This document shows, one piece after another, positions 8,198 through 17,006 of a stretch of 64,000 bases of DNA. Source of the DNA: an uncultured Gemmatimonadaceae bacterium (GTDB taxonomy: Bacteria; Gemmatimonadota; Gemmatimonadetes; Gemmatimonadales; Gemmatimonadaceae). The translations under genes and the position numbers were made by a program. The stretch spans positions 1,152,001 through 1,216,000 of the forward strand of contig CAVXGK010000002.1 of the NCBI GenBank assembly GCA_963761305.1, in the 5' to 3' direction. Each line of letters opens with the position of its first letter. The stretch's first letter is position 1. The notes beneath the pieces are model-generated. The model was not told where the DNA came from. It ran no database searches and saw nothing but the letters and a program-made list of their open reading frames with translations.

Positions 8198-8652
8198 CGA
8201 TCACGACCTGTCCCACCGACGTTTTCGCCGCGCCGGCCGAGCGAGTGTGGTGGCTGGTTACCGATCCGGTCTCCCTCGCGCGGTGGAGCGGATGCAAGCT
8301 GCTTCGCGGAGCGGCCCACGCCGGGTCCGTTCGGGAGGGCGATCGTCTGCTGCTGGGCAAGGGTCTCGGCGCGGTGTTCAGATTCGAGATGCGGATCATC
8401 GAAGCGATCCCTCCGGCACGACTGTCCGTCGACGTGTTTCTCCCGTTCGGGGTCGTCAATCACGAGGTCATCGTAATTACGCCGGTTTCGCCGAGATCCT
8501 GTAGAGTAACATTTAATTGAGACTTTCACTTCCCGCCAGGTTGGCGGGGCCGGCTGATTGAAACGATGCTCGGCGGCCGCTTCATCGACGGCCCGCGAGA
8601 GTCGCTCGCGAATCTGAAACGGGCAGCCGAATCGCCTGTCGGCGTCGCCTGA
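8194..8652 (+). CDS. SRPBCC/START-fold protein with in-frame UGA at codon 109; candidate selenoprotein, 152 aa
   Basis: N-terminal APAERVWWLVTDP...RW is typical of SRPBCC. After TGA 8518-8520 the frame continues DFHFPPGWRGRLIETMLGGRFIDGPRESLANLKRAAESPVGVA*, which supplies the L..LK..AE C-terminal helix. A SECIS-like hairpin follows, and selB is in the window. Confidence 0.8.
8518..8549 (+). promoter_or_regulatory. Candidate bacterial SECIS element
   Basis: UGA, then an 11-nt spacer GACUUUCACUU, then stem CCCGCCA / loop GGU / UGGCGGG (8532-8548). Counting the U of UGA as 1, positions 20-24 read CAGGU, as I recall for the E. coli fdhF SECIS. Confidence 0.72.
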
Positions 8653-8752
8653 GGCGGCACGCCGGCGACAAGCGTCGGTGGTCCGCTGCTCGATTCGCGG
8701 CGAAGGAGTCGCCGGTTCTTATTCACCACCTACACGCAAATCGCGCCCCTCG

Positions 8753-11416
8753 ATGGAAACGATCGGTCATCTGAACTCGGCGCTCGCCGGCCGGTACGAG
8801 ATCGAGCGCGAAATCGGCGCCGGCGGGATGGCGACGGTGTACCTCGCGCGCGACCTGCGTCACGACCGGCGCGTGGCGCTCAAGGTGCTCAACCCCGAAC
8901 TCGGCGCACAGCTCGGGCCCGATCGGTTCCTCGCCGAGATTCGCGTCACGGCGAATCTCCAACACCCGAACATCCTGCCGCTGTTTGATTCCGGCGAGGC
9001 GCGCGATCCGGACGCGAGCGACGGGTCGGGTCTCTTGTTCTACGTCATGCCCTACGTCGACGGCGAGGCGCTGCGGGCACGCCTCACGCGCGAGAGGCAA
9101 CTCCCCATCGACGATGCGGTGCACATCGCGCTGGCCGCGGCGAACGCGCTCCAATACGCGCACCAACACGGTGTGATCCATCGCGACGTGAAGCCGGAGA
9201 ACATTCTCCTGCAAGCCGGCCAGCCGGTGGTCGCTGATTTCGGTATCGCACTCGCCGTCACCAATGCAGCGAGCGCGCGGCTGACGCACACCGGACTCTC
9301 GCTGGGAACGCCCCAGTACATGAGCCCCGAGCAGGCGACCGGCGAACGGACGATCGACGGCCGGTCCGACGTCTATTCGCTCGCAGCGGTGTTGTATGAA
9401 ATGCTCACCGGCGAGCCTCCGCACACTGGGAGCACGGCGCAGGCGGTGATCGCGCGTCTCATCACGGAGAAGGCGCGAAGCCCGCGTCTCGTCAGAGCGA
9501 ACGTCCCCCCACACGTGGACGCGGCGATCGAACGCGCGCTCGAGAAACTGCCGGCGGATCGCTTCGCCAACGCCGGCGAGTTCGCCGCCGCGCTGCAAGG
9601 CCACGGTTGGACCGCCGCGCCGGCAGCGAGCGCCGCGGCGACGACGCTCGCGCGCCGCACGGTGTCACGGTGGACGTTCGCGGCGGCGCTCTTCGCGGCG
9701 GGCACGATCGTCGGCGCCGTCGTGATGCGGTCGCGCGCGGCATCCATCGGTGCGGCGACACAGAGCGACGCACCGACGGCGCGCGCGTCGATTCTGCTCG
9801 CGCCCGACGCGCCGATCGCGTTGGCGAACCTGCCGCCGGTCGGCTTCAATGGATCGGAGCTCGAGGTCGCGCCGGATGGATCGATGCTCGCGTACGTCGG
9901 AGCGACGGCGGCCGGCAACATCCTCTACGTGCGCGACATTGCGAGCGGCGAGACGCACTCGCTCGCCGGCACCGAAGGCGTGAAGATCGCCTTCTTTTCG
10001 CCCGACGGCGCGTGGATCGGATTCGTCACCGCGGACCACGTGAAAAAGATTCCTCGTGGCGGGGGCACCGCGACCGAGCTGGCCGCCGCGAGCACGGTCC
10101 GCGCCTGGTGGCCCGACCAGGAGTTCATCTACTACGACGCAGAACATGGAATCCTGTCCCGCGTGCCGTCGGACGGGGGAAAGCCCGAGCGGCTCGTGAC
10201 GAGAAGGGAGCTCGGCGCGCGCGACTTCAACGACGTGTTGCCCGGCGGTCGAACGGCGCTCGTCACCGCGGCAAGCGCGAGCAACGAGAGCATCAATGGC
10301 GACCACGGCGACGTTCTGCTCGCCGACGTTCGCTCGCATCGCACGACGGTTCTCGTCCACTCCGCCTATGCCGCGCGCTATGTGCCGGACGGGCACGTCA
10401 TCTTCGCTCGCGGCGGTAGCCTCTTCGCCGTCCGCTTCGACGCCAGCCGAGGGATCGTCGAAGGCAATCCCGTCGCGATCGCGTCCGGCGTCTCGATGGA
10501 ATCGGCGTTCGGGATGCTCCAGGCCTCGGCGGCCCGCGGCCTCCTCGCCTACGTCCCCGGCGCTGACAACTCGCGCGGCAAGTTGGCGTGGGCCGATCGG
10601 CGCGGCGTCGTCACCTTCATCGACGCGCCGGAGATGACATACGGAGAGATCGACCTCGCGCCCGACGACCAGCACATCGCGGTGCACATATCCGACGTCC
10701 AGGACTACCTCTGGGTCTGGAACGTCGAGCGCCACGAAGGGCAACGCGTCGCATACGCTGAAGCGGAGGGATTCCCGCGCTGGAGCGCCGACGGACGACG
10801 TCTCGCCGGCATCGTGCTCGGCAAGGCACGCGTCGCGATCCACGACGTCGATCGGGCCGGACACGTCGGCGAAGGGACATTGCTGCCCGATTCGGCACTT
10901 GGCATCGACTATTTCTCGCCGAACGGCGATGTGCTCGCCGTCGGCCAGTCGAACTCGCCGTTTCGCACGGGATTTGTCCGTCTCGGCGCGGGTGCTCCGC
11001 AAGCGCCGCCGATTGCCGGCAATCTCGTCACGTTCTCGCCGGATGGTAAATGGCTGGCGTACACGCGCGCCGAGCGTGGCCACCCCGAAGTCTTCATCCG
11101 TGCGTTCCCGGACGGTCGCGACGTCGGCCAGGTGTCGCAAGGCGGGGGGATCGAGGCGCGCTGGAAGCCGTCGGGCGTGCTGTATTTTCGCAACGGTCAT
11201 CGTTGGTACGAGACGAAAGTGACGACGAATCCGGAACCGCGTTGGGACCCGCCGCGCCAGGTGTTCGACGTCGACTTCATCGACACGGACGGCTACTCGT
11301 ACGACGTGACCCGCGACGGCCAGCGACTGCTCGTGGTGAAACGCGAACATCCGATGGAAACATCGCGCATCGAGCTGATCACGAACTGGGCGAGGCTGCT
11401 CGAGCCCAAGCCCTGA
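8753..11416 (+). CDS. Hanks-type Ser/Thr protein kinase with TM segment and TolB/PD40-like beta-propeller
   Basis: GAGGMATVYLA, VALK, HRDVKPEN, DFG and GTPQYMSPEQ; hydrophobic segment; repeated FSPDG motifs. Confidence 0.93.
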   Translation: METIGHLNSALAGRYEIEREIGAGGMATVYLARDLRHDRRVALKVLNPELGAQLGPDRFLAEIRVTANLQHPNILPLFDSGEARDPDASDGSGLLFYVMPYVDGEALRARLTRERQLPIDDAVHIALAAANALQYAHQHGVIHRDVKPENILLQAGQPVVADFGIALAVTNAASARLTHTGLSLGTPQYMSPEQATGERTIDGRSDVYSLAAVLYEMLTGEPPHTGSTAQAVIARLITEKARSPRLVRANVPPHVDAAIERALEKLPADRFANAGEFAAALQGHGWTAAPAASAAATTLARRTVSRWTFAAALFAAGTIVGAVVMRSRAASIGAATQSDAPTARASILLAPDAPIALANLPPVGFNGSELEVAPDGSMLAYVGATAAGNILYVRDIASGETHSLAGTEGVKIAFFSPDGAWIGFVTADHVKKIPRGGGTATELAAASTVRAWWPDQEFIYYDAEHGILSRVPSDGGKPERLVTRRELGARDFNDVLPGGRTALVTAASASNESINGDHGDVLLADVRSHRTTVLVHSAYAARYVPDGHVIFARGGSLFAVRFDASRGIVEGNPVAIASGVSMESAFGMLQASAARGLLAYVPGADNSRGKLAWADRRGVVTFIDAPEMTYGEIDLAPDDQHIAVHISDVQDYLWVWNVERHEGQRVAYAEAEGFPRWSADGRRLAGIVLGKARVAIHDVDRAGHVGEGTLLPDSALGIDYFSPNGDVLAVGQSNSPFRTGFVRLGAGAPQAPPIAGNLVTFSPDGKWLAYTRAERGHPEVFIRAFPDGRDVGQVSQGGGIEARWKPSGVLYFRNGHRWYETKVTTNPEPRWDPPRQVFDVDFIDTDGYSYDVTRDGQRLLVVKREHPMETSRIELITNWARLLEPKP

Positions 11417-11426
11417 GTGGGCTCGC

Positions 11427-11533
11427 TCGCTTGGCGCCCGGTGTGCCGCTCTCCATATTCCGCCCTCCGATCCTTTGCGTTGACTTGATCTGACGCCGCG
11501 ACGCCCGCGCGGCCTTGCCCATCTCGCTTGATG
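11427..11533 (+). promoter_or_regulatory. Copy 2 of the promoter/leader element; putative sigma70-type promoter of the second kinase
   Basis: TTGGCG-N17-CATATT, then a ~70-nt leader ending at kinase ATG 11531; homologous to 706-810. Confidence 0.65.
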
Positions 11534-13753
11534 ACACCCGAAGGAACGCTCGAGGACGGCGGCCTCGCGGCGGCGGTCAGTGACCGGTATCGCATCGAAC
11601 GCGAGATCGGCCGCGGCGGAATGGCCACCGTCTACCTGGCCGACGACGTGCGCCATCGGCGACAGGTCGCGCTCAAGGTGCTCGATCCCGAGCTGGCGCG
11701 CGCCGTCGGCCCCGAGCGATTTCTGCGTGAGATCGAGATCGCCGCGCAGCTCAGCCATCCGCACATCATGCCGCTGTTCGATTCGGGCGACGCGGCCGGG
11801 CACCTCTTCTATGTAATGCCCTTCGTTCGCGGCGAGTCGCTGCGACAACGGCTCGATCGCGAACGAACGCTTTCCGTCGATGCCACGCTGGCCATCACGC
11901 GCGACGTGGCCGAGGCCCTCGAGCACGCCCACGCGCGTGGCGTGGTGCATCGCGACATCAAGCCCGAGAACATTCTGCTGTTCGAGGGTCAGGCAATCGT
12001 CGCCGATTTCGGCATCGCCCTCGCGACGGCGGCCGCGACAGATCGCCGAATCACCGGTACCGGTTTGGTCGTCGGCACGCCGGCGTACATGAGCCCGGAA
12101 CAGCTGTTTGGCGAGCGCACCGACGCGCGGAGCGATCAGTACAGCCTCGCGTGCGTCGTCTACGAAATGCTGACCGGCGAAGCGCCGTACGCCGCGGCGA
12201 CGCCACAGGCGGGCATCGCCAAACGTCTCGTCGAATCCGCGCCGTCGATGCGCCGCGTTCGCGCCGTCATTCCGATCTCGATCGACACGGCCGTCCGGCG
12301 AGCGCTCGCCAGAGAGCCGGCCGACCGATTCGCGTCCGTCGCCGAGTTCGCGCGCGCGTTGAGCGCGCCGAGCGAGCGGCGCGCGACGACCGTGGCGGTA
12401 CTTCCCTTTTCCAGCTTCAGCTCCGACGCCGAGAACGAGTATTTCGCCGACGGAATCACCGAGGACGTGATCGCCAATCTTTCCAAGATCCGCTCGCTCA
12501 AGGTGATCTCGCGGACGTCGGTGATGCCGTTCAAGAAACGGGAGCAGAGTCTCACCGAGATCGGCGCCACGCTCGGGGCGACGACGCTGCTCGAGGGCAG
12601 CGTGCGGCGCGCCGGCGACCGCGTGCGCATCGTCGCGCAGCTCATCGACGCCGAAACGGATCAACACCTGTGGACCGAGACGTACGACCGCCACCTCGTC
12701 GACATCTTCGCCATCCAGACCGACGTCGCGCTCCAGATCGCCGCCGCGCTCAAGGCCGAGTTGACGCGCGCCGAGGAATCGCGCGTTCGGAAGGAACCGA
12801 CACAGAACATCCGGGCCTATCAGCTCTACCTCTTCGGGCGACAATCGCTCATCAGGTTCACGCCCGAAGCGATGCTCTCGGCGATCGACTATTTCGACCG
12901 GGCCGTTGCAGAGGATTCGTCGTACGCATTGGCGTACGCCAGCGCGGCGATGGCCTACGTCGAGTTGGCGGAGATCGGCGCCATGGCGTCGGACACGGCG
13001 TTTCGACACGCGGCCGACGCGGCGCACAAGGCGTTGGAGTTGGACCCCGAGCTCGGCGCCGCCCACGTAACCGCTGGATACGTGAAGATGACGCGCGAGT
13101 TCGACTGGGCCGGATCGGAGGCATCGTTCAACCGTGCAATCGAGTTGAGTCCCAGCAGCGCCGATGCGTACGATCTCTACGGACGCCTTTGTTCGGCGCA
13201 GGAACGCTACGACGAAGCGCTCGTGCTGCTCGGCCGTGCACAGGAGCTGGATCCTCTGGCCCACCGCTTGGACATGGCGACGACGCTCCTTCGCGCCGGC
13301 CGATATGAAGAGGCGATCGTGAGCGCCAGAGCCGCGACGGACCTCGACCCATCGGGCGACCGCGCCCACGCGACGCTTGGTTGGGCGCTTTTTTTCGGCG
13401 GCGCTCGCGACGAGGGATTGGCCGAGCTCGAGACCGCGGTGTCGTTGTCCCCGAGCACGACGAGTTGGCTCGGGCAGCTCGGTGAGGCGTACGGTCTCGC
13501 CGGGCGGTTGGACGATGCGCGCGCCGTGCTGCGCAAACTCGAGGAGCGTGCGCGCGACTCGTTCGTTTCGCCGTACACGTTCGCCTACGTCTACACGGGA
13601 CTCGGCGACGCCGATCGGGCGATCGAGCTGTTGCAGCGGGCAGTCGTGGAACGAACCGGCGCCGCGTACGGCATCAAGGGCTCGTTTCTGTTCCGGCCGT
13701 TGCGCGAACACCCCAAGTTCCGCGCGCTGTTGCGCGAGATGCGACTGAGCTGA
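11531..13753 (+). CDS. Ser/Thr protein kinase with TolB-N-like domain and TPR repeats
   Basis: GRGGMATVYLA, HRDIKPEN, DFG and GTPAYMSPEQ; VAVLPF...YFADGITEDVI...LKVISRTS; C-terminal TPRs (ALELDP). Confidence 0.93.
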   Translation: MTPEGTLEDGGLAAAVSDRYRIEREIGRGGMATVYLADDVRHRRQVALKVLDPELARAVGPERFLREIEIAAQLSHPHIMPLFDSGDAAGHLFYVMPFVRGESLRQRLDRERTLSVDATLAITRDVAEALEHAHARGVVHRDIKPENILLFEGQAIVADFGIALATAAATDRRITGTGLVVGTPAYMSPEQLFGERTDARSDQYSLACVVYEMLTGEAPYAAATPQAGIAKRLVESAPSMRRVRAVIPISIDTAVRRALAREPADRFASVAEFARALSAPSERRATTVAVLPFSSFSSDAENEYFADGITEDVIANLSKIRSLKVISRTSVMPFKKREQSLTEIGATLGATTLLEGSVRRAGDRVRIVAQLIDAETDQHLWTETYDRHLVDIFAIQTDVALQIAAALKAELTRAEESRVRKEPTQNIRAYQLYLFGRQSLIRFTPEAMLSAIDYFDRAVAEDSSYALAYASAAMAYVELAEIGAMASDTAFRHAADAAHKALELDPELGAAHVTAGYVKMTREFDWAGSEASFNRAIELSPSSADAYDLYGRLCSAQERYDEALVLLGRAQELDPLAHRLDMATTLLRAGRYEEAIVSARAATDLDPSGDRAHATLGWALFFGGARDEGLAELETAVSLSPSTTSWLGQLGEAYGLAGRLDDARAVLRKLEERARDSFVSPYTFAYVYTGLGDADRAIELLQRAVVERTGAAYGIKGSFLFRPLREHPKFRALLREMRLS

Positions 13754-13759
13754 CTTGCC

Positions 13760-13783
13760 AAGTCCTCAGCGGAGGACTTTCTC
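13760..13783 (+). terminator. Putative intrinsic terminator after kinase 2
   Basis: AAGTCCTC-AGCG-GAGGACTT hairpin followed by TCTC, 6 nt after the stop codon. Confidence 0.5.
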
Positions 13784-13922
13784 CCCGGACATGATGAAAC
13801 CTTAGTGCCGCGGCGCACCCGTGGTGCGCACCTCGACGCTTGAGCCGGGTATTGCATACATAAGGCGCGCGGGGCAACTCGCCCCGCCGCCGCCTTGAAC
13901 TTTTTTCGTGTGGAGGGTGCGT

Positions 13923-14507
13923 ATGACTCGCACCAAATCGATGGCTCTCCTTGCCGCCGGCACGATGGCCCTGGCCTCGCGAGGGCTGACGGCGCAAGAC
14001 ATCACCGTGACGTCTCGAACCCAGCCAGACGCCGCCCAAGTGACCTTCGGCTACCTCTGTGACGACCGATTCGTGATCAAGAACGACGGCGCGCAGTCGG
14101 TGAACCTGCAGTACGGTCTGCACGACGGGACGCAGCTCACCGGGATCACCGTGCAGCCTGGCGAGTCGGTCCAGCTGTCGAGCAGGTCGAACGCGTCCGT
14201 GGAACTCTGGAAGGACGGAACGCGCATCGCGACCGCCGCCAGGGAACAGCGGTCGTGCGCCGACGTGAATGGCGCGAACCTGAATGGCGGAGGCGGCGTC
14301 ACGGTCACTCAACCGCAGGTTGTGACGACGGCCACCGGGCCGACCTACGTGTACAGCGCGTATCCGTACTATTGGGATCCGTTCTTCAGCCCCTGGGCTC
14401 CTGCGCCTGCCCTCGGCTTTGGGGTCGGCGTTGTCCGCCCCTTCGGCGGCCCCGTGTTCTTGAATCGACCGTTCATCGCCGGGCGCTTCTTCGGTCGGCG
14501 CCGCTAA
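13923..14507 (+). CDS. Hypothetical secreted protein
   Basis: GGAGG RBS; signal peptide ending LTA-Q; Tyr/Pro/Gly/Arg-rich tail. Confidence 0.75.
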   Translation: MTRTKSMALLAAGTMALASRGLTAQDITVTSRTQPDAAQVTFGYLCDDRFVIKNDGAQSVNLQYGLHDGTQLTGITVQPGESVQLSSRSNASVELWKDGTRIATAAREQRSCADVNGANLNGGGGVTVTQPQVVTTATGPTYVYSAYPYYWDPFFSPWAPAPALGFGVGVVRPFGGPVFLNRPFIAGRFFGRRR

Positions 14508-14529
14508 GAATTTGGCTTCAGTAGGACCT

Positions 14530-14561
14530 CGGGGGCGGCGCGTTCATTCGCGCCGCCCCCG
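14530..14561. terminator. GC-rich 13-bp hairpin downstream of 13923-14507
   Basis: CGGGGGCGGCGCG-TTCATT-CGCGCCGCCCCCG; no clear U-tract. Confidence 0.55.
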
Positions 14562-14685
14562 CGTGCGTTCCACACTCGTTAGCGGCCTGTTGTCGTTGTC
14601 TCGGACTAAGTGCGGCTCGGTGATTGCCCGGTTTGCCTCGGACCGGTACGACCAACCACACGCGATTGAGTTCGCTGGAGGCCGC

Positions 14686-14901
14686 ATGGCACGCCAGACA
14701 TACGCAGAAAACGATGCCCGTCGTCACACGTCGAAGATGAAGGACATGCTGGATGAGGTCGCGCAGCACGCCCGTCAGGACATCGCCAAGGTCTCGGATC
14801 CACGAGCTCAGGCGCTGCTCGAGACGACGGCCGAGGTCGTGCTGGGCCTTCGGAAAGCCTACGACGATTTCGAAGAGGGGACAGAAGCCGTCTGGAAGTA
14901 G
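14686..14901 (+). CDS. Small helical hypothetical protein (71 aa)
   Basis: GGAGG RBS; DPRAQALLETTAEVVLGLRKAYDDFE...W; coding-like codon usage. Confidence 0.75.
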   Translation: MARQTYAENDARRHTSKMKDMLDEVAQHARQDIAKVSDPRAQALLETTAEVVLGLRKAYDDFEEGTEAVWK

Positions 14902-14908
14902 TGTCCGC

Positions 14909-15340
14909 TCAGGACTTCAGCGTCTTCGCGACTCCGCCGTGCCCGCTGCACGCGCCCTGCATCGTCTTGGCGTGCGAATACGTGCCGTCCTTGCACTGCG
15001 CCGTCGCACCGGTCGAATCCTTGGCGGCCTTGTTCTCCGCCGTGACGGCTTTGGACTCCGCACGCCGCGCCTTGCTGGCGGCGCCCGCGGTGTCGGTGCC
15101 GGCCTTTGCGACTTTTGCCTCGGCCTTCGTCGCCTTCTTCGATGCGCGAGCCGCGCGGGTCGCGAGCGAATCGACGCCGCCGTGCGACGAACAGGCGCCG
15201 CTGCCCGACGCGGTGGACGTCGTGCCGTCCTTGCAGATGCTCTGGGCCGACGCCTTGACCTTCGTCTGGGCCATCGCGGGTGAGCTCGCGACAGCTAGTC
15301 CCGCTGCGATCAGCAAACCGACAATGAGCGGCGTACGCAT
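14909..15340 (-). CDS. Secreted protein with two DUF3761-like Cys/His motifs and a Lys/Ala-rich linker
   Basis: Signal peptide; CKDGT...GACSSHGGV and CKDGTYS...GACSGHGGV. Confidence 0.8.
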   Translation of the reverse strand: MRTPLIVGLLIAAGLAVASSPAMAQTKVKASAQSICKDGTTSTASGSGACSSHGGVDSLATRAARASKKATKAEAKVAKAGTDTAGAASKARRAESKAVTAENKAAKDSTGATAQCKDGTYSHAKTMQGACSGHGGVAKTLKS

Positions 15341-15383
15341 TGGCACTCCTGGAATGAGAATTAGCAGTTGCGCCGGAGGGGAA

Positions 15384-15473
15384 CGGACAGGGAGAGATTC
15401 GAACTCTCGATACCGGGTTCACCGGTATGCCGGTTTTCGAGACCGGTGCCTTCAACCACTCGGCCACCTGTCC
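15384..15473 (-). tRNA. tRNA-Ser(CGA), long variable arm; CCA not encoded
   Basis: GGACAGGTGGCCGAGTGGTTGAAGGCA-CCGGT-CTCGAAA-ACCGG-...GAGAGTTCGAATCTCTC-CCTGTCCG. Confidence 0.96.
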
Positions 15474-15489
15474 GGAGGAGCCGAGAAAA

Positions 15490-16140
<651 letters not shown>

Positions 16141-16147
16141 GTGTATT

Positions 16148-16984
16148 CTAAGACGTGTGCGATGCGGAGCGCTCGCGATACATGCGCCGCCACTCGCGGA
16201 ACGGATGTGCGGTCGCCGCGCCAAGGGAGTTGAGCGAGTAGCCCACGCCCGGAATGCCGGTGTCGGGGTATTCGCTCGGTTCGGGGTGATAATAAGTCCC
16301 GAAGACGACGTCGATGAGGGGAAAGTAGGCCGCGAAATTTCGGTTCCAGTGCCGCACTTCGATCGAATGATGAATGCGGTGCGTCTGCGGGCTCACGATC
16401 ACCCAATTCAGCTTGCCGAAGCCGATGCGCAGGTTGGAATGCGCGAAGATGCCCAGATAGGCCAGAAATCCGGTGATGAACTGCGTGAGCCAGCTCGTCT
16501 CGTGCTGCCACACCGAGTGCACGAAGATGAACATGAGCGGCACGTCGACCAGCGGCACTTTCACCAGGTTCTCGAGCAGGTGATGCCGGAACGCGGTCGC
16601 CGCGCTCAGGTGCGGCTCGGAGTGATGTACCGCGTGCTGCGGCCAGAGCGCGGTCGTGTGCTGAATCCGGTGGAACCAGTAGTAAAAAAGGTCGAACGTG
16701 AACAGTATGACGAGTTGCATCGCGATCGGATGCACCGAGCCGAGCGACACCTCCAACCGGCCGAACGGAAGACGTCGCCACAGGCCGAAGATCCCGCCCA
16801 GCCGCAGCAGCACCATGATCGTGCTGTTGCCCGCCACCCAGAGCAGCCAGTATTGCCAGTCGAACAGCCACGCGCGCAGATCCAGTTTGCGCACGCCGAA
16901 CAGACGTTCGGCGAGGAAGTACAGGGCGAAATACGGCACCAGCCGCAACTCGCCCATCGCCAAGTCGGCGAATGCGTTCAGCAT
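16148..16984 (-). CDS. Sterol desaturase / fatty acid hydroxylase family protein
   Basis: His boxes HRIQH, HAVHH, HSN and HRIHH; several TM segments. Confidence 0.9.
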   Translation of the reverse strand: MLNAFADLAMGELRLVPYFALYFLAERLFGVRKLDLRAWLFDWQYWLLWVAGNSTIMVLLRLGGIFGLWRRLPFGRLEVSLGSVHPIAMQLVILFTFDLFYYWFHRIQHTTALWPQHAVHHSEPHLSAATAFRHHLLENLVKVPLVDVPLMFIFVHSVWQHETSWLTQFITGFLAYLGIFAHSNLRIGFGKLNWVIVSPQTHRIHHSIEVRHWNRNFAAYFPLIDVVFGTYYHPEPSEYPDTGIPGVGYSLNSLGAATAHPFREWRRMYRERSASHTS

Positions 16985-17006
16985 CGGTCGTGTCTCGCGA
17001 GTGGGG

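Noticed and set aside
900..8200. Integron cassette array explaining the run of small same-strand genes
   Set aside because: Scattered YTAAC words exist (e.g. near 2317, 4805 and 7693), but I found no paired RYYYAAC...GTTRRRY attC structures and no integrase.
9665..13711. 1348-aa antisense ORF and other long shadow ORFs
   Set aside because: They mirror real genes on the opposite strand or frame, as expected in high-GC DNA, and are Arg/Ala-rich with no motifs.
15384..15473. tRNA-Sec, given selB nearby
   Set aside because: The anticodon is CGA (Ser), not TCA, and the acceptor stem is the normal 7 bp.
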